Assembly (NCBI GenBank): GCA_964343875.1 | Contig: CAYFJW010000004.1 | Location: 18,395-82,394 of the forward strand | Source of the DNA: Candidatus Woesearchaeota archaeon | Lineage (GTDB): Archaea > Nanobdellota > Nanobdellia > SCGC-AAA011-G17 > UBA489 | Direction of reading: 5' to 3' | DNA length: 64,000 bases | Part shown: in pieces, positions 28,092-36,913 of the stretch | Position numbering within the stretch: the stretch's first letter is position 1 | Layout: every line of letters starts with the position of its first letter | Translations under genes and position numbers: made by a program | The notes under the pieces: generated by a model | What the model was told of the DNA's origin: nothing | The model's input: the letters and a program-made list of their open reading frames with translations, nothing else | The model's database searches: none

Positions 28092-28469
28092 TTACTCGTT
28101 TATTTCAGATTTAAACCTTTCTAATCTCTTTTCTAGTTGTTCATCTGTTACTAATTCAATAACATTAAGCATATCCATATATTTCTCTAGTACTTTGATT
28201 TGATCTTTCTTTGCAAAAATGCTCATTTCCTTGACTAAATCTCTTACAACGTCTTGTGTGTTTTGTGTTCCTAGCCTTGCTTTCTTTGTTTCAAGGGAGA
28301 TGTCTCTTATTTCTTTCATTAATTTTTTGTATTCTTCAATCATGTTTTGATTGATTACGAGAAGTCTTTCTGTTAAGATATTGTATTTGTTTTCAAGAGC
28401 CCTTATTCGTCCGTTAAGGTCTGCGATTATGTGGCTCGGGTCTGTTTGATTGAATTGTGGGCCTGGCAC
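28092..28469 (-). CDS. Coiled-coil protein, hypothetical
   Basis: 125 aa, heptad-rich (ALENKYNILTERLLVINQNMIEEYKKLMKEI...). Confidence 0.45.
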   Translation of the reverse strand: MPGPQFNQTDPSHIIADLNGRIRALENKYNILTERLLVINQNMIEEYKKLMKEIRDISLETKKARLGTQNTQDVVRDLVKEMSIFAKKDQIKVLEKYMDMLNVIELVTDEQLEKRLERFKSEINE

Positions 28470-28575
28470 TTTCCTCTTTTTACCTCTTGGTGGTCTTAGG
28501 TGGCGGCTTATTTAAATACTTTGTTAGATTTTTGAGGGGAGCAATTTATATAAATTTGACAGTTAGAACTAATGT

Positions 28576-30858
28576 ATGGCTTTTCAAAAAGAGGGAGTTT
28601 ATCAGGTAATTAGGGAGGGGAAGGAAGAAGTTTTGAAGGTTAATGCGGCTGCTTGGTCATATACTCCTTCCGTTGAAGATGTTCCCAATGTAATGGCTGA
28701 TGTCATCGATATGTTGGTTGCTTCTCCAGGCATAAAGAGGATTATATTCAATCAGAGAAAGAAATTTGTTTATTCTTATGACCAAACACAAATGTTGTTA
28801 GAGGTTGCAGGAATTTATGCACATTTGATAAAAGGTAAAAGAGTGTTAAGTATTTCTCAATGGGGTTTTGATGAAGTTAGTTCTAGGTTCTATGGCGATA
28901 AGATTAGTGAGATTCAACATTTAGTTATGGGTTTGTTAAGAAGCGATCCTCTTGGTGCTTTCGTTGAGACTAAAAGAATTTTGAGAGAGGAGAAAATATT
29001 ATTGCAAAGAGACAAGGATGAAAGGATTGCCAAAGCGAGAACAAATTATATTTCTTTGTTGACTGATATGGTTGAGTTGTTGAAGAAAACCCGTTTGGTT
29101 CAAGTTGTTAAAGATAGGCTTGATGGTTTTCATTTAGGGGATAGGAGTTTGTATCGTGATATCTTTCGGGCAACAGTTACACCCGACTTTATGTATACTC
29201 GTTTGAGAGCGAATCCTCCATTGGATGGTGAGGAATTAGATTATTATTCAAACGGAAGTAATGAAATTACAATATTTAGAATGCCGAATGATATTAAGAC
29301 GTATTATCATGCTGTTCCAATCGAGTTTAAGTTAAGGGAAGATGAGTATGAATTATTGGATCTAGCAAAGAGTGTTTTAGCAGGGCATAAACCCCGAAAT
29401 GAGGAGTTTTTAGACCCTGGGAGGATGAGGACTACGTTCTACAATATTGGAAGAGATTTGTTGGATGAGCTTGCGAAGAACAAGGGTTATGATATCCCTT
29501 ATGAAAGAATTTGTGAACTTGCAAAGATTTTGGTTAGGTATACTGTTGGATTTGGGTTAATTGAGGTGTTGCTGTCGGATAAGAAAGTTCAGGATGTTAC
29601 AATTAATAGCCCTATTGGAAAGTCTCCAATATTTTTAGTTCATCAAGATTACGGAGAGTGTTTTACAAATATATTGCCTAGTTTTGATGATGCAGAAAGT
29701 TGGGCAACAAAGTTTAGGTTAATTAGTGGAAGGCCATTGGATGAAGCGAATTCTGTTTTGGATACGGAGTTAGCAATTCCCGGTGCAAGAAGTAGAGTTG
29801 CAATTATGACTAGGCCGTTGAGTCCGCAAGGTTTGGCTTTCGCTATGAGAAGACATAGAGATAGGCCTTGGACATTACCCTTATTTGTTAATAATAGAAT
29901 GATTAGTCCGCTTGGTGCGGGGTTAATTAGTTTCTTAATTGATGGTGCAAGAACAATGCTTGTTGCTGGAACAAGAAGTAGTGGTAAAACAAGTTTACTT
30001 GGGAGCTTTTTAGTTGAAATAATGAGGAAGTATAGGGTGATTACAGTTGAAGATACATTAGAATTGCCTGTTGAATACATGCGTAAGTTAGGGTACAATA
30101 TTCAAAATATGAAGGTTAGGTCTGCATTGACTAAGGGTGGCTCTGAGCTTGGCGCTGATGATGGGATCAGGACTAGTCTAAGGCTTGGGGACAGTAGTTT
30201 GATTATTGGAGAGGTTAGGAGTTTGGAGGCTAAGGCTCTTTATGAGGCTATGAGGACTGGTGCTTTAGCTAATGTTGTTGCAGGCACAATTCACGGTGCA
30301 AGTCCGTACGGTGTTTATGATAGAGTTGTTAATGATTTAGAAGTTCCTAAGACAAGTTTTAAGGCAACCGATGTGATTGTTGTTGCGAATCCTGTTAAGA
30401 CTGCAGATGGTTTGAGTAGTTGGAAGAGAGTTTTACAATTAACAGAAGTTAGAAAACATTGGCAAGATGACCCTTTAACCGAAAGAGGTTTTGTTGATTT
30501 AATGAGGTATGATACTAAGAAAGATGAGTTAGTTCCAACTGCAGACTTGTTGAATGGTGAAAGTGAAGTTGTTAAGGCTGTTGCAGGGAGTGTTAGGGAA
30601 TGGGTTGGAAATTGGGACGCTGTTTGGGAAAACATAATGTTAAGAGCGAAGATAAAACAAACCTTAGTTGAATATGCAAACAAAACGGGGAACAGGGAAA
30701 TTTTAGAATCTAACTTTGTTGTGGCATCTAATGATATGTTTCATCGTTTGATTGAACAAGTTAGAGGGGAAGTTGGAGCAATAGATTCTAATCGTGTATT
30801 TTATGAGTGGGACGATTGGGTTAGAAAATCAATAAAAAGCACTAAGAAAAAAATTTAG
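28576..30858 (+). CDS. Type IV pilus / archaellum-type secretion ATPase (FlaI/PilB/VirB11 superfamily) with a long N-terminal extension, 760 aa
   Basis: GFGLIEVLLSDKKVQDVTINS, Walker A-region LVAGTRSSGKTSLLG, Walker B / Asp box SLIIGEVRSLEA, His box AGTIHGASP. Confidence 0.85.
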   Translation: MAFQKEGVYQVIREGKEEVLKVNAAAWSYTPSVEDVPNVMADVIDMLVASPGIKRIIFNQRKKFVYSYDQTQMLLEVAGIYAHLIKGKRVLSISQWGFDEVSSRFYGDKISEIQHLVMGLLRSDPLGAFVETKRILREEKILLQRDKDERIAKARTNYISLLTDMVELLKKTRLVQVVKDRLDGFHLGDRSLYRDIFRATVTPDFMYTRLRANPPLDGEELDYYSNGSNEITIFRMPNDIKTYYHAVPIEFKLREDEYELLDLAKSVLAGHKPRNEEFLDPGRMRTTFYNIGRDLLDELAKNKGYDIPYERICELAKILVRYTVGFGLIEVLLSDKKVQDVTINSPIGKSPIFLVHQDYGECFTNILPSFDDAESWATKFRLISGRPLDEANSVLDTELAIPGARSRVAIMTRPLSPQGLAFAMRRHRDRPWTLPLFVNNRMISPLGAGLISFLIDGARTMLVAGTRSSGKTSLLGSFLVEIMRKYRVITVEDTLELPVEYMRKLGYNIQNMKVRSALTKGGSELGADDGIRTSLRLGDSSLIIGEVRSLEAKALYEAMRTGALANVVAGTIHGASPYGVYDRVVNDLEVPKTSFKATDVIVVANPVKTADGLSSWKRVLQLTEVRKHWQDDPLTERGFVDLMRYDTKKDELVPTADLLNGESEVVKAVAGSVREWVGNWDAVWENIMLRAKIKQTLVEYANKTGNREILESNFVVASNDMFHRLIEQVRGEVGAIDSNRVFYEWDDWVRKSIKSTKKKI

Positions 30859-30861
30859 CAG

Positions 30862-33009
30862 GTGAAATTAATGCCTAAGAAAACTGATGACATAATTAGG
30901 GAGTATGAGAAGAAGCTTGAGGATGAGTATGGTCCTGGCTATGTTGAAGCTTTTGAGCCAGATTTGGTGAATAAAGAATATGAATTGTTTCGTTCTGAAG
31001 TTTTAGAGAGGAAGGTTACCAATTACGAGAAGTGGTGTTATGCTGCTGAAAAAATAATAAAGATTTCTCCATCTAAGAGGGACTTGCCGGAGTTAAAGAA
31101 GAGTATTGAAATTGCCCATTTGAATGTTACCCCTGAAGCTGCTGCTAGTTTTGGAGCTTTGGTTGCTTTTGGGTTGATACTTTTTGGTGTTTTGGTTATG
31201 GGGATAACTTATGCTTTTGGGAGTATTAGTTTTTTCTTTCCAATATTCTTGATTATTGCTGGTGCCTTGGCGATAAAACCTCTTAGCAATATTCCAATTT
31301 ATTTGGCCAATCGTTGGAGATTGGAAGCAAGTAATCAGATGGTTCTTTGTATTCTGTACATTGTTATGTACATGAGACATACAAGTAATTTAGAACATGC
31401 GGTTAAGTTTGCCGCAGGGCATATTGGGCCACCATTGAGTTTAGATTTTAAGAAAGTGTTCTGGGATATTCAAACTGAGAAGTATTTTAGTATTAAGGAA
31501 AGTTTGGACAAATATCTTGAGAACTGGAGAGATTATAATTTAGAATTTGTTGAATCTTTCCATTTAATTGAGGGTAGCCTGTATGAACCAAATGAGTCTA
31601 GAAGGGTTATGTTGTTAGAGAAAGCGTTGGAAGTTATGCTTGAAGGGACTTATAACAAGATGTTGCATTATGCACACAATTTGAAAGGACCCATTACATT
31701 GCTTTACATGCTTGGTGTGATATTGCCCATTTTGGGTTTGGTTATTTTTCCGTTGATTGGAAGTTTTATGGGTGGCGCTGTTAAGTGGTATCATTTGGGA
31801 ATGTTGTACAATGTTATTTTGCCGATTGTGTTGGTTATTATGGGGAGTAATATGCTTGCTAAGAGACCTACGGGTTATGGTGAGAGTGAACTGTTGAAAA
31901 GTAATCCCGAGTTTAAAGTTTATGAACAATGGGTTGTTAATGATAAGGTTGTTCCTGTAAGCCCGAAGGCTGCCAGTATACTGGTTGGCGGCGTGATTGT
32001 TTTAGTTGGTTTAATGCCTTTGTTGATACACTTAATTAATCCTGGTTATGAAATGTCTCTTGGTGCACTTGGTCCATTTTTAGATTACAAAGGCGAGAGT
32101 GGGCCATATGGTGTTGGCGCATTAATCATGGGGATGCTAATTCCTTTAGGAATTGCAATTGGTGTTTCAATGTATTACGGGATTAAGACCAATCGTTTAA
32201 TTAAGATAAAGAAAAAGGTTGATAATCTTGAAGAAGAGTTTAGTGGTGCTGTTTTTCAATTAGGGAATAGGATTGGTGATGGCATTCCTGCAGAAGTAGC
32301 CTTTGGTGAGGTTGCGAGGACAATGAGCGGGACTCCAACGGGGAACTTTTTTAGCACTGTTGATAGAAACATACGTAAGTTGGGTCATGGGATGAGCAAG
32401 GCTGTTTTTGATTCAAGAGTTGGCGCGATATTATTGTTTCCTAGTAATCTGATTCATAGCACTATGAAGGTTTTGGTTGAAAGTGCGAGAAAAGGTCCGA
32501 AGGTTGTTAGTGCAAGTTTGATTACCATCAGTAAGTATGTTGATAGAATAAAACAAGTTAATGAAAGGTTGAAAGATTTACTTGCAGATGTTTTGAGTAG
32601 TATGGTTAGTCAGATTAACTTTTTGACACCTTTGATTGCAGGTATTGTTGTGGGTGTTGGTAGCATGGTTACAACTATCATTGGTAAGCTCGGTTCCGCA
32701 TTTGATACTGTAGGGGGTGTTGGGGCAGAGGTTCCTTCAAATTTGGGTGCGCTTGCGAGCATAATGAATATAAAAGATGCAATTCCAGGTTACTTCTTCC
32801 AGTTGGTTGTTGGTTTGTATGTGTTAGAGATTACGATAGTATTGACAATACTAAGCACCAGCATTGAGAGAGGGATGGATAAAACTACTACGAGGCACAG
32901 GATTGGTAAGAATGTTAAGAAGAGCATGTTGCTGTATATGGTAGTTGCTTTGATTGGAGTGGTGTTGTTTAATTTGTTGGCAAATGCTGTTAGCTTCGCC
33001 CCATCATAG
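30862..33009 (+). CDS. FlaJ/TadC/PilC-like polytopic membrane platform protein
   Basis: 715 aa with more than 8 TM helices; positioned immediately after the ATPase as in archaeal type IV pilus and archaellum loci. Confidence 0.7.
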   Translation: MKLMPKKTDDIIREYEKKLEDEYGPGYVEAFEPDLVNKEYELFRSEVLERKVTNYEKWCYAAEKIIKISPSKRDLPELKKSIEIAHLNVTPEAAASFGALVAFGLILFGVLVMGITYAFGSISFFFPIFLIIAGALAIKPLSNIPIYLANRWRLEASNQMVLCILYIVMYMRHTSNLEHAVKFAAGHIGPPLSLDFKKVFWDIQTEKYFSIKESLDKYLENWRDYNLEFVESFHLIEGSLYEPNESRRVMLLEKALEVMLEGTYNKMLHYAHNLKGPITLLYMLGVILPILGLVIFPLIGSFMGGAVKWYHLGMLYNVILPIVLVIMGSNMLAKRPTGYGESELLKSNPEFKVYEQWVVNDKVVPVSPKAASILVGGVIVLVGLMPLLIHLINPGYEMSLGALGPFLDYKGESGPYGVGALIMGMLIPLGIAIGVSMYYGIKTNRLIKIKKKVDNLEEEFSGAVFQLGNRIGDGIPAEVAFGEVARTMSGTPTGNFFSTVDRNIRKLGHGMSKAVFDSRVGAILLFPSNLIHSTMKVLVESARKGPKVVSASLITISKYVDRIKQVNERLKDLLADVLSSMVSQINFLTPLIAGIVVGVGSMVTTIIGKLGSAFDTVGGVGAEVPSNLGALASIMNIKDAIPGYFFQLVVGLYVLEITIVLTILSTSIERGMDKTTTRHRIGKNVKKSMLLYMVVALIGVVLFNLLANAVSFAPS

Positions 33010-33069
33010 GGATTAGGAGTATTTAAATAAGTGAAAACGATTATAAAGGATTGAATCTGGTGTTTTAAG

Positions 33070-35472
33070 ATGGTAAAAGGGGTAAAGGACTTTATTTTGA
33101 ATGGAAGGACTCGTTTTGTCTTTTTGTTTTCTTTGGTTTCTTTGTTTGTTTTAAAGAGTGTTAATGCAGTGGTGTATTTAGGGCAGACTTATACTGGTTG
33201 GAGCGCTTTTGGCTATGGATTCAATGATTTGCAGAGTTTTTATTATGCTTATCCAGGCTGGATTGATTTTGTAGTGTTGTTTGCGTTGTTTTATTCTGCT
33301 GCGCTTGGTGTGTTTGGTAAGAAGTTTGAGGAGAATAATGCTGGAAAGGGATTGGCAGTTGCAATTGGTCTGGTTCTGTCTTTAAGTGTTGCTTTGTTTG
33401 AAGCTGCGCAAGGAATCTATATGTGGCAATGGGGTGCGCCACTTGTAGTTGTTGGTTTATTAGTTGCGGTGTTCTTTGGAGTGTATCATTTATCTAGGAA
33501 AATGAGGCTTGCAGGATTAACTGCATTTTTGTTGGCTGCGGTTATTACTTATTTGGTTTGGTTGGCAATTACTACTTGGACTGGCATGGGTCAAATGACT
33601 TTCATTAGTTTTACAATGGGTAATATTGATTTAGGTAATTGGTTGTTCTGGGTTTTAGTTGTTATTGGTTTGATTGCTTTGTTTGCATTGTTAAAGTCTT
33701 TGTTTTCTGGTGATGATTTCGGTGGCCGAGGACGACGTGGTCCTAGAGGTCCTCGTGGGGGTCCTGGACAGCCAGGTAGGACTGGAAGAAGTGGTAGGCG
33801 TGGCGGTAGAGGAGATCCTGGAGATAAGGGTCCGCATGGTCCAACTGGTGCTGAAGGGATAGTCGGTCCACCTGGCGATCCCGGAGGAAGAGGTCCGTCT
33901 CCTGTACCTGGTGTTCCTGGTGGAGGAACTACTCCTGGTGAACCCGGACAATTGGCGTTGCCTCCTGGTCCTGTTATGAAGGTGCTTGGTCCTGGTGAAC
34001 CCTGGAAAACACAAAAAGTTGATCCAGTTAGAATTAGAAGATTGGGCCAGATTTACAACAAGATAAGATCGCTTATAGGTAGGAATTCAAAATTGACATT
34101 ACAGTTAATCTCAGTTCTTCATGAATTGAAGAAGGGTGTTACTGATGAACCTTCCCTAGCAACTTCAGAAGGAAAGGTACAAAGAAGGATTGACAAATTA
34201 ATAAAAGAACTTACTTTGTTTAATAGGACATTGTTATCTAAGACTATAGACCTTGATGGTATTGAAAACATGCGTGCTTATTTTAAGGGCATATTGCTTG
34301 AAATGAATAAAATTATGAGAGAGCTTAGTGCAGTTTCTTCTCTTAAAGATTATATCAGGAGAGCTAACAGGATTGCACTTACTATTTGGGAAACGGACAT
34401 TAAGCAATTAAGTAAGGCTGTTCGTGTTCTTAAATCTGGGAGTAGAGAATATTTGGGGAATAATGTAGGTAAATTAACGATGCTCCAATTTGTACAAGTT
34501 TTAGTTGTTTGGAAAAAGAATTCTGGCCGGATTGTTAGAGGGGTTACTGATGGGCCTGGGGATGAGGGCGAGGTTCAAGGACATGATGTTGTCGCATTTT
34601 CTAAGGATATTTACAGGAAAATTGCTCTTGGTTGTCATACAGACAAAACTAGAGGGTACGACGAAGGAACAAGGGCAAGATTAAGAGCTATATTTGAAAG
34701 GGCAGTTCAAGCATATAAGGAAGGAGATCACCAGGAGTTAGTTAGACTTAGAGATGAGATGATTAGCATAATTGGCGATACTAAAAGTGGGGAAGGACCG
34801 AAGGCCTTAAAATCTGGGACAAGTATTGAGGCATTGGAAGATATTCTTTCTGTTCCAATTGCAATTCCAAGATCAAGAAGAGGGATCTTTGTAACAAAGA
34901 AAAAGATAAGGGAGCTTAATGTTCCCCAGTTTGCTTCTTATGTTTTGTTTTCATCAACATCTAATAGATTAAGTGATGCATATAAACTTAGGGAACAAGT
35001 GACTTCGGTGATTCCAAATGCCTTTACACAATTGACTGAAATGAGGAGACTTTTAGATAGGGCAAATTATTATGTTAAAAATTCTAGGAATTATCGAGCT
35101 TTCGTTGAACAATATGAGGAGTTGATGGCTCTTAAACCTAAGATTGATCAGTTGGCTAATGGTATGAAGGCCAATCGGTTGAATTCTGCTGCCAAAAGAG
35201 CATATACAAATCTTATTGAGAGTACTGAGTTTAATAGAGCCTTTTTGAAGAAGTTTGGACAGAGGGCAACAACCGGAGGTTGGGAGGTTGTATTTTCTGA
35301 TCCAAAGAAGGTTGCATTTATCCTAGAGTATCCTAGGAAAGATGGTGGCCAAAAGTTATTGTGGAGATATTTTAATTTATCATACGATGCATTGATTTCA
35401 CTGGATGCAATGCTGAATAAGTTGAAAGATGGTCCTGTTAGACAAATAAAGAAGGATTGGAGTAATCCATGA
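33070..35472 (+). CDS. Membrane protein with 20 consecutive collagen-like G-X-Y triplets and a long alpha-helical C-terminal domain
   Basis: About 5 N-terminal TM helices, then GGR GRR GPR GPR GGP GQP GRT GRS GRR GGR GDP GDK GPH GPT GAE GIV GPP GDP GGR GPS (aa about 216-275). The encoding DNA at about 33715-33900 is a strongly GC-rich island. Confidence 0.7.
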   Translation: MVKGVKDFILNGRTRFVFLFSLVSLFVLKSVNAVVYLGQTYTGWSAFGYGFNDLQSFYYAYPGWIDFVVLFALFYSAALGVFGKKFEENNAGKGLAVAIGLVLSLSVALFEAAQGIYMWQWGAPLVVVGLLVAVFFGVYHLSRKMRLAGLTAFLLAAVITYLVWLAITTWTGMGQMTFISFTMGNIDLGNWLFWVLVVIGLIALFALLKSLFSGDDFGGRGRRGPRGPRGGPGQPGRTGRSGRRGGRGDPGDKGPHGPTGAEGIVGPPGDPGGRGPSPVPGVPGGGTTPGEPGQLALPPGPVMKVLGPGEPWKTQKVDPVRIRRLGQIYNKIRSLIGRNSKLTLQLISVLHELKKGVTDEPSLATSEGKVQRRIDKLIKELTLFNRTLLSKTIDLDGIENMRAYFKGILLEMNKIMRELSAVSSLKDYIRRANRIALTIWETDIKQLSKAVRVLKSGSREYLGNNVGKLTMLQFVQVLVVWKKNSGRIVRGVTDGPGDEGEVQGHDVVAFSKDIYRKIALGCHTDKTRGYDEGTRARLRAIFERAVQAYKEGDHQELVRLRDEMISIIGDTKSGEGPKALKSGTSIEALEDILSVPIAIPRSRRGIFVTKKKIRELNVPQFASYVLFSSTSNRLSDAYKLREQVTSVIPNAFTQLTEMRRLLDRANYYVKNSRNYRAFVEQYEELMALKPKIDQLANGMKANRLNSAAKRAYTNLIESTEFNRAFLKKFGQRATTGGWEVVFSDPKKVAFILEYPRKDGGQKLLWRYFNLSYDALISLDAMLNKLKDGPVRQIKKDWSNP

Positions 35473-35509
35473 GGAAATATTTAAATAGATTTAAGATGGT
35501 GATAAGAAG

Positions 35510-35932
35510 ATGGCAGAATTATTAATACTTCCGGCAATTTATTTGGGAGTAGTTATTGGGCTATATGAGGCAATTCTGATGCATAGGGATGTGAGTGTTC
35601 CTGCGCATAGATTTGGCCATATGATTCATGCTTTAATATTTGCATTGGTTGCAGTTTTTGCAACAATGAATGTTGACTTTGTATTTTCTGTAATTCCTGC
35701 ATTAGCTAATATCAAGTTTGTTGGAAACCCTTTAGTGTTTAGGATTGGAATTGGTATTATTGCTATGTTTAAAATACATGCAATTAGTGCGGCTGCTCCT
35801 GGAATGGCTGGTGGCAGTGTTGGTTTGAAGGAGAAGTGGAGTCATAGTTTTATTATCGGGGCGTTGATTGTTGCGGCACCTTACATATGGCCTTTTATTG
35901 AGCCAGCTGTAGGGTTCTTGCCAGGAATTTAA
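35510..35932 (+). CDS. Membrane protein, hypothetical
   Basis: 140-aa hydrophobic ORF. Confidence 0.4.
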   Translation: MAELLILPAIYLGVVIGLYEAILMHRDVSVPAHRFGHMIHALIFALVAVFATMNVDFVFSVIPALANIKFVGNPLVFRIGIGIIAMFKIHAISAAAPGMAGGSVGLKEKWSHSFIIGALIVAAPYIWPFIEPAVGFLPGI

Positions 35933-35933
35933 A

Positions 35934-36185
35934 ATGTTTGAACTTTTGAGTGTGGCTTCTTATTTACCATTTTTATTAGTGCCTACTGTGTTGATAATTG
36001 TAATGTTGTGGGAACTGATTTGGAAGGGATTTGCTCTCTGGAGATCTGCGAAGAATGGGCAGAAATATTGGTTCATTGCAGTTTTAATAATAAACTCTGT
36101 AGGAATATTGCCAATTATTTACTTGGCTTTCTTTTCTGGAAGAAAACCTAATAAAAGGACTGGTAAGAAAGTTAAAAGAAAGTAG
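35934..36185 (+). CDS. Small membrane protein of the PLD-nuclease N-terminal (PLDc_N) type
   Basis: LIWKGFALWRSAKNGQKYWFIAVLIINSVGILPIIYLAFF fits the PLDc_N small-membrane-domain pattern. Confidence 0.45.
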   Translation: MFELLSVASYLPFLLVPTVLIIVMLWELIWKGFALWRSAKNGQKYWFIAVLIINSVGILPIIYLAFFSGRKPNKRTGKKVKRK

Positions 36186-36734
36186 TTATTTCTTTTTATC
36201 GTGTGCGTGATGTTTTCCTGTTGTTCTTTCAAAGTATGGGAGTATTTTAACAAACCTTGGAATTCTTGAAATTGGTCTGATAAATCGCATTGCAAACCTT
36301 GATCTTGATACTTTTCCTAGTTTTTCTGCTTCACTTACAATCCTTGCTGTTTCTTTTTCAACAGCGGTTACTTCTTTTATTCCAATACCTGCGTGTAGTG
36401 CTGATTGACTCTCTTGCAATGTGTCAGAGAACCTGAATAGTAAATATGCTTCTTCTGCCGCTCTTAGGAATAAGTAAAAGGGAAATACTGCAATTATGTC
36501 AAGCCAGTAACTTCTTATGAATGTTTTTACCTTTCTTACTCTTATGAACTTGAATATAAGGTCTATTACAAAAAGGGATATTATTGTGATGTCTGCAATT
36601 TCTATCCAATGCTCGTAAGCGTGTGCGATATCTTTGAAGAAGAAAGTGATTATGATCACAACTAAGAGAGCTAGTAATGCGTATGGAATTAATTTGTCAA
36701 CTAAGTGCTCTAGCTTGTGAAACCCCTTTTTCAT
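36186..36734 (-). CDS. Voltage-sensor-domain-like membrane protein without a pore domain
   Basis: S3-like YWLDIIAVFPFYLFL and S4-like SRSRFAMRFIRPISRIPRFVKIL with basic residues at roughly every third position; the ORF ends 20 aa after S4. Confidence 0.5.
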   Translation of the reverse strand: MKKGFHKLEHLVDKLIPYALLALLVVIIITFFFKDIAHAYEHWIEIADITIISLFVIDLIFKFIRVRKVKTFIRSYWLDIIAVFPFYLFLRAAEEAYLLFRFSDTLQESQSALHAGIGIKEVTAVEKETARIVSEAEKLGKVSRSRFAMRFIRPISRIPRFVKILPYFERTTGKHHAHDKKK

Positions 36735-36913
36735 GTAGTTATGGCACTTTTTCTTTATTTAAATTTAACTTGGAAAGGCTTAAATATTTTGTTAGGGGTT
36801 AGTGGGTTATGAGAGGGGAGCTTGGTCTTAGGCAATTAGTGATTTTGATATTGGTTATGTTGTTAGGTTTTATTTTAGCTACGATTATAAATAATATGAT
36901 CGGTGGTCTTTAG

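Noticed and set aside
33691-34014. 107-aa minus-strand ORF (Arg/Ser/Thr-rich)
   Set aside because: Antisense of the GC-rich collagen-like repeat. Open frames on the opposite strand are expected for GGN/CCN-rich sequence.
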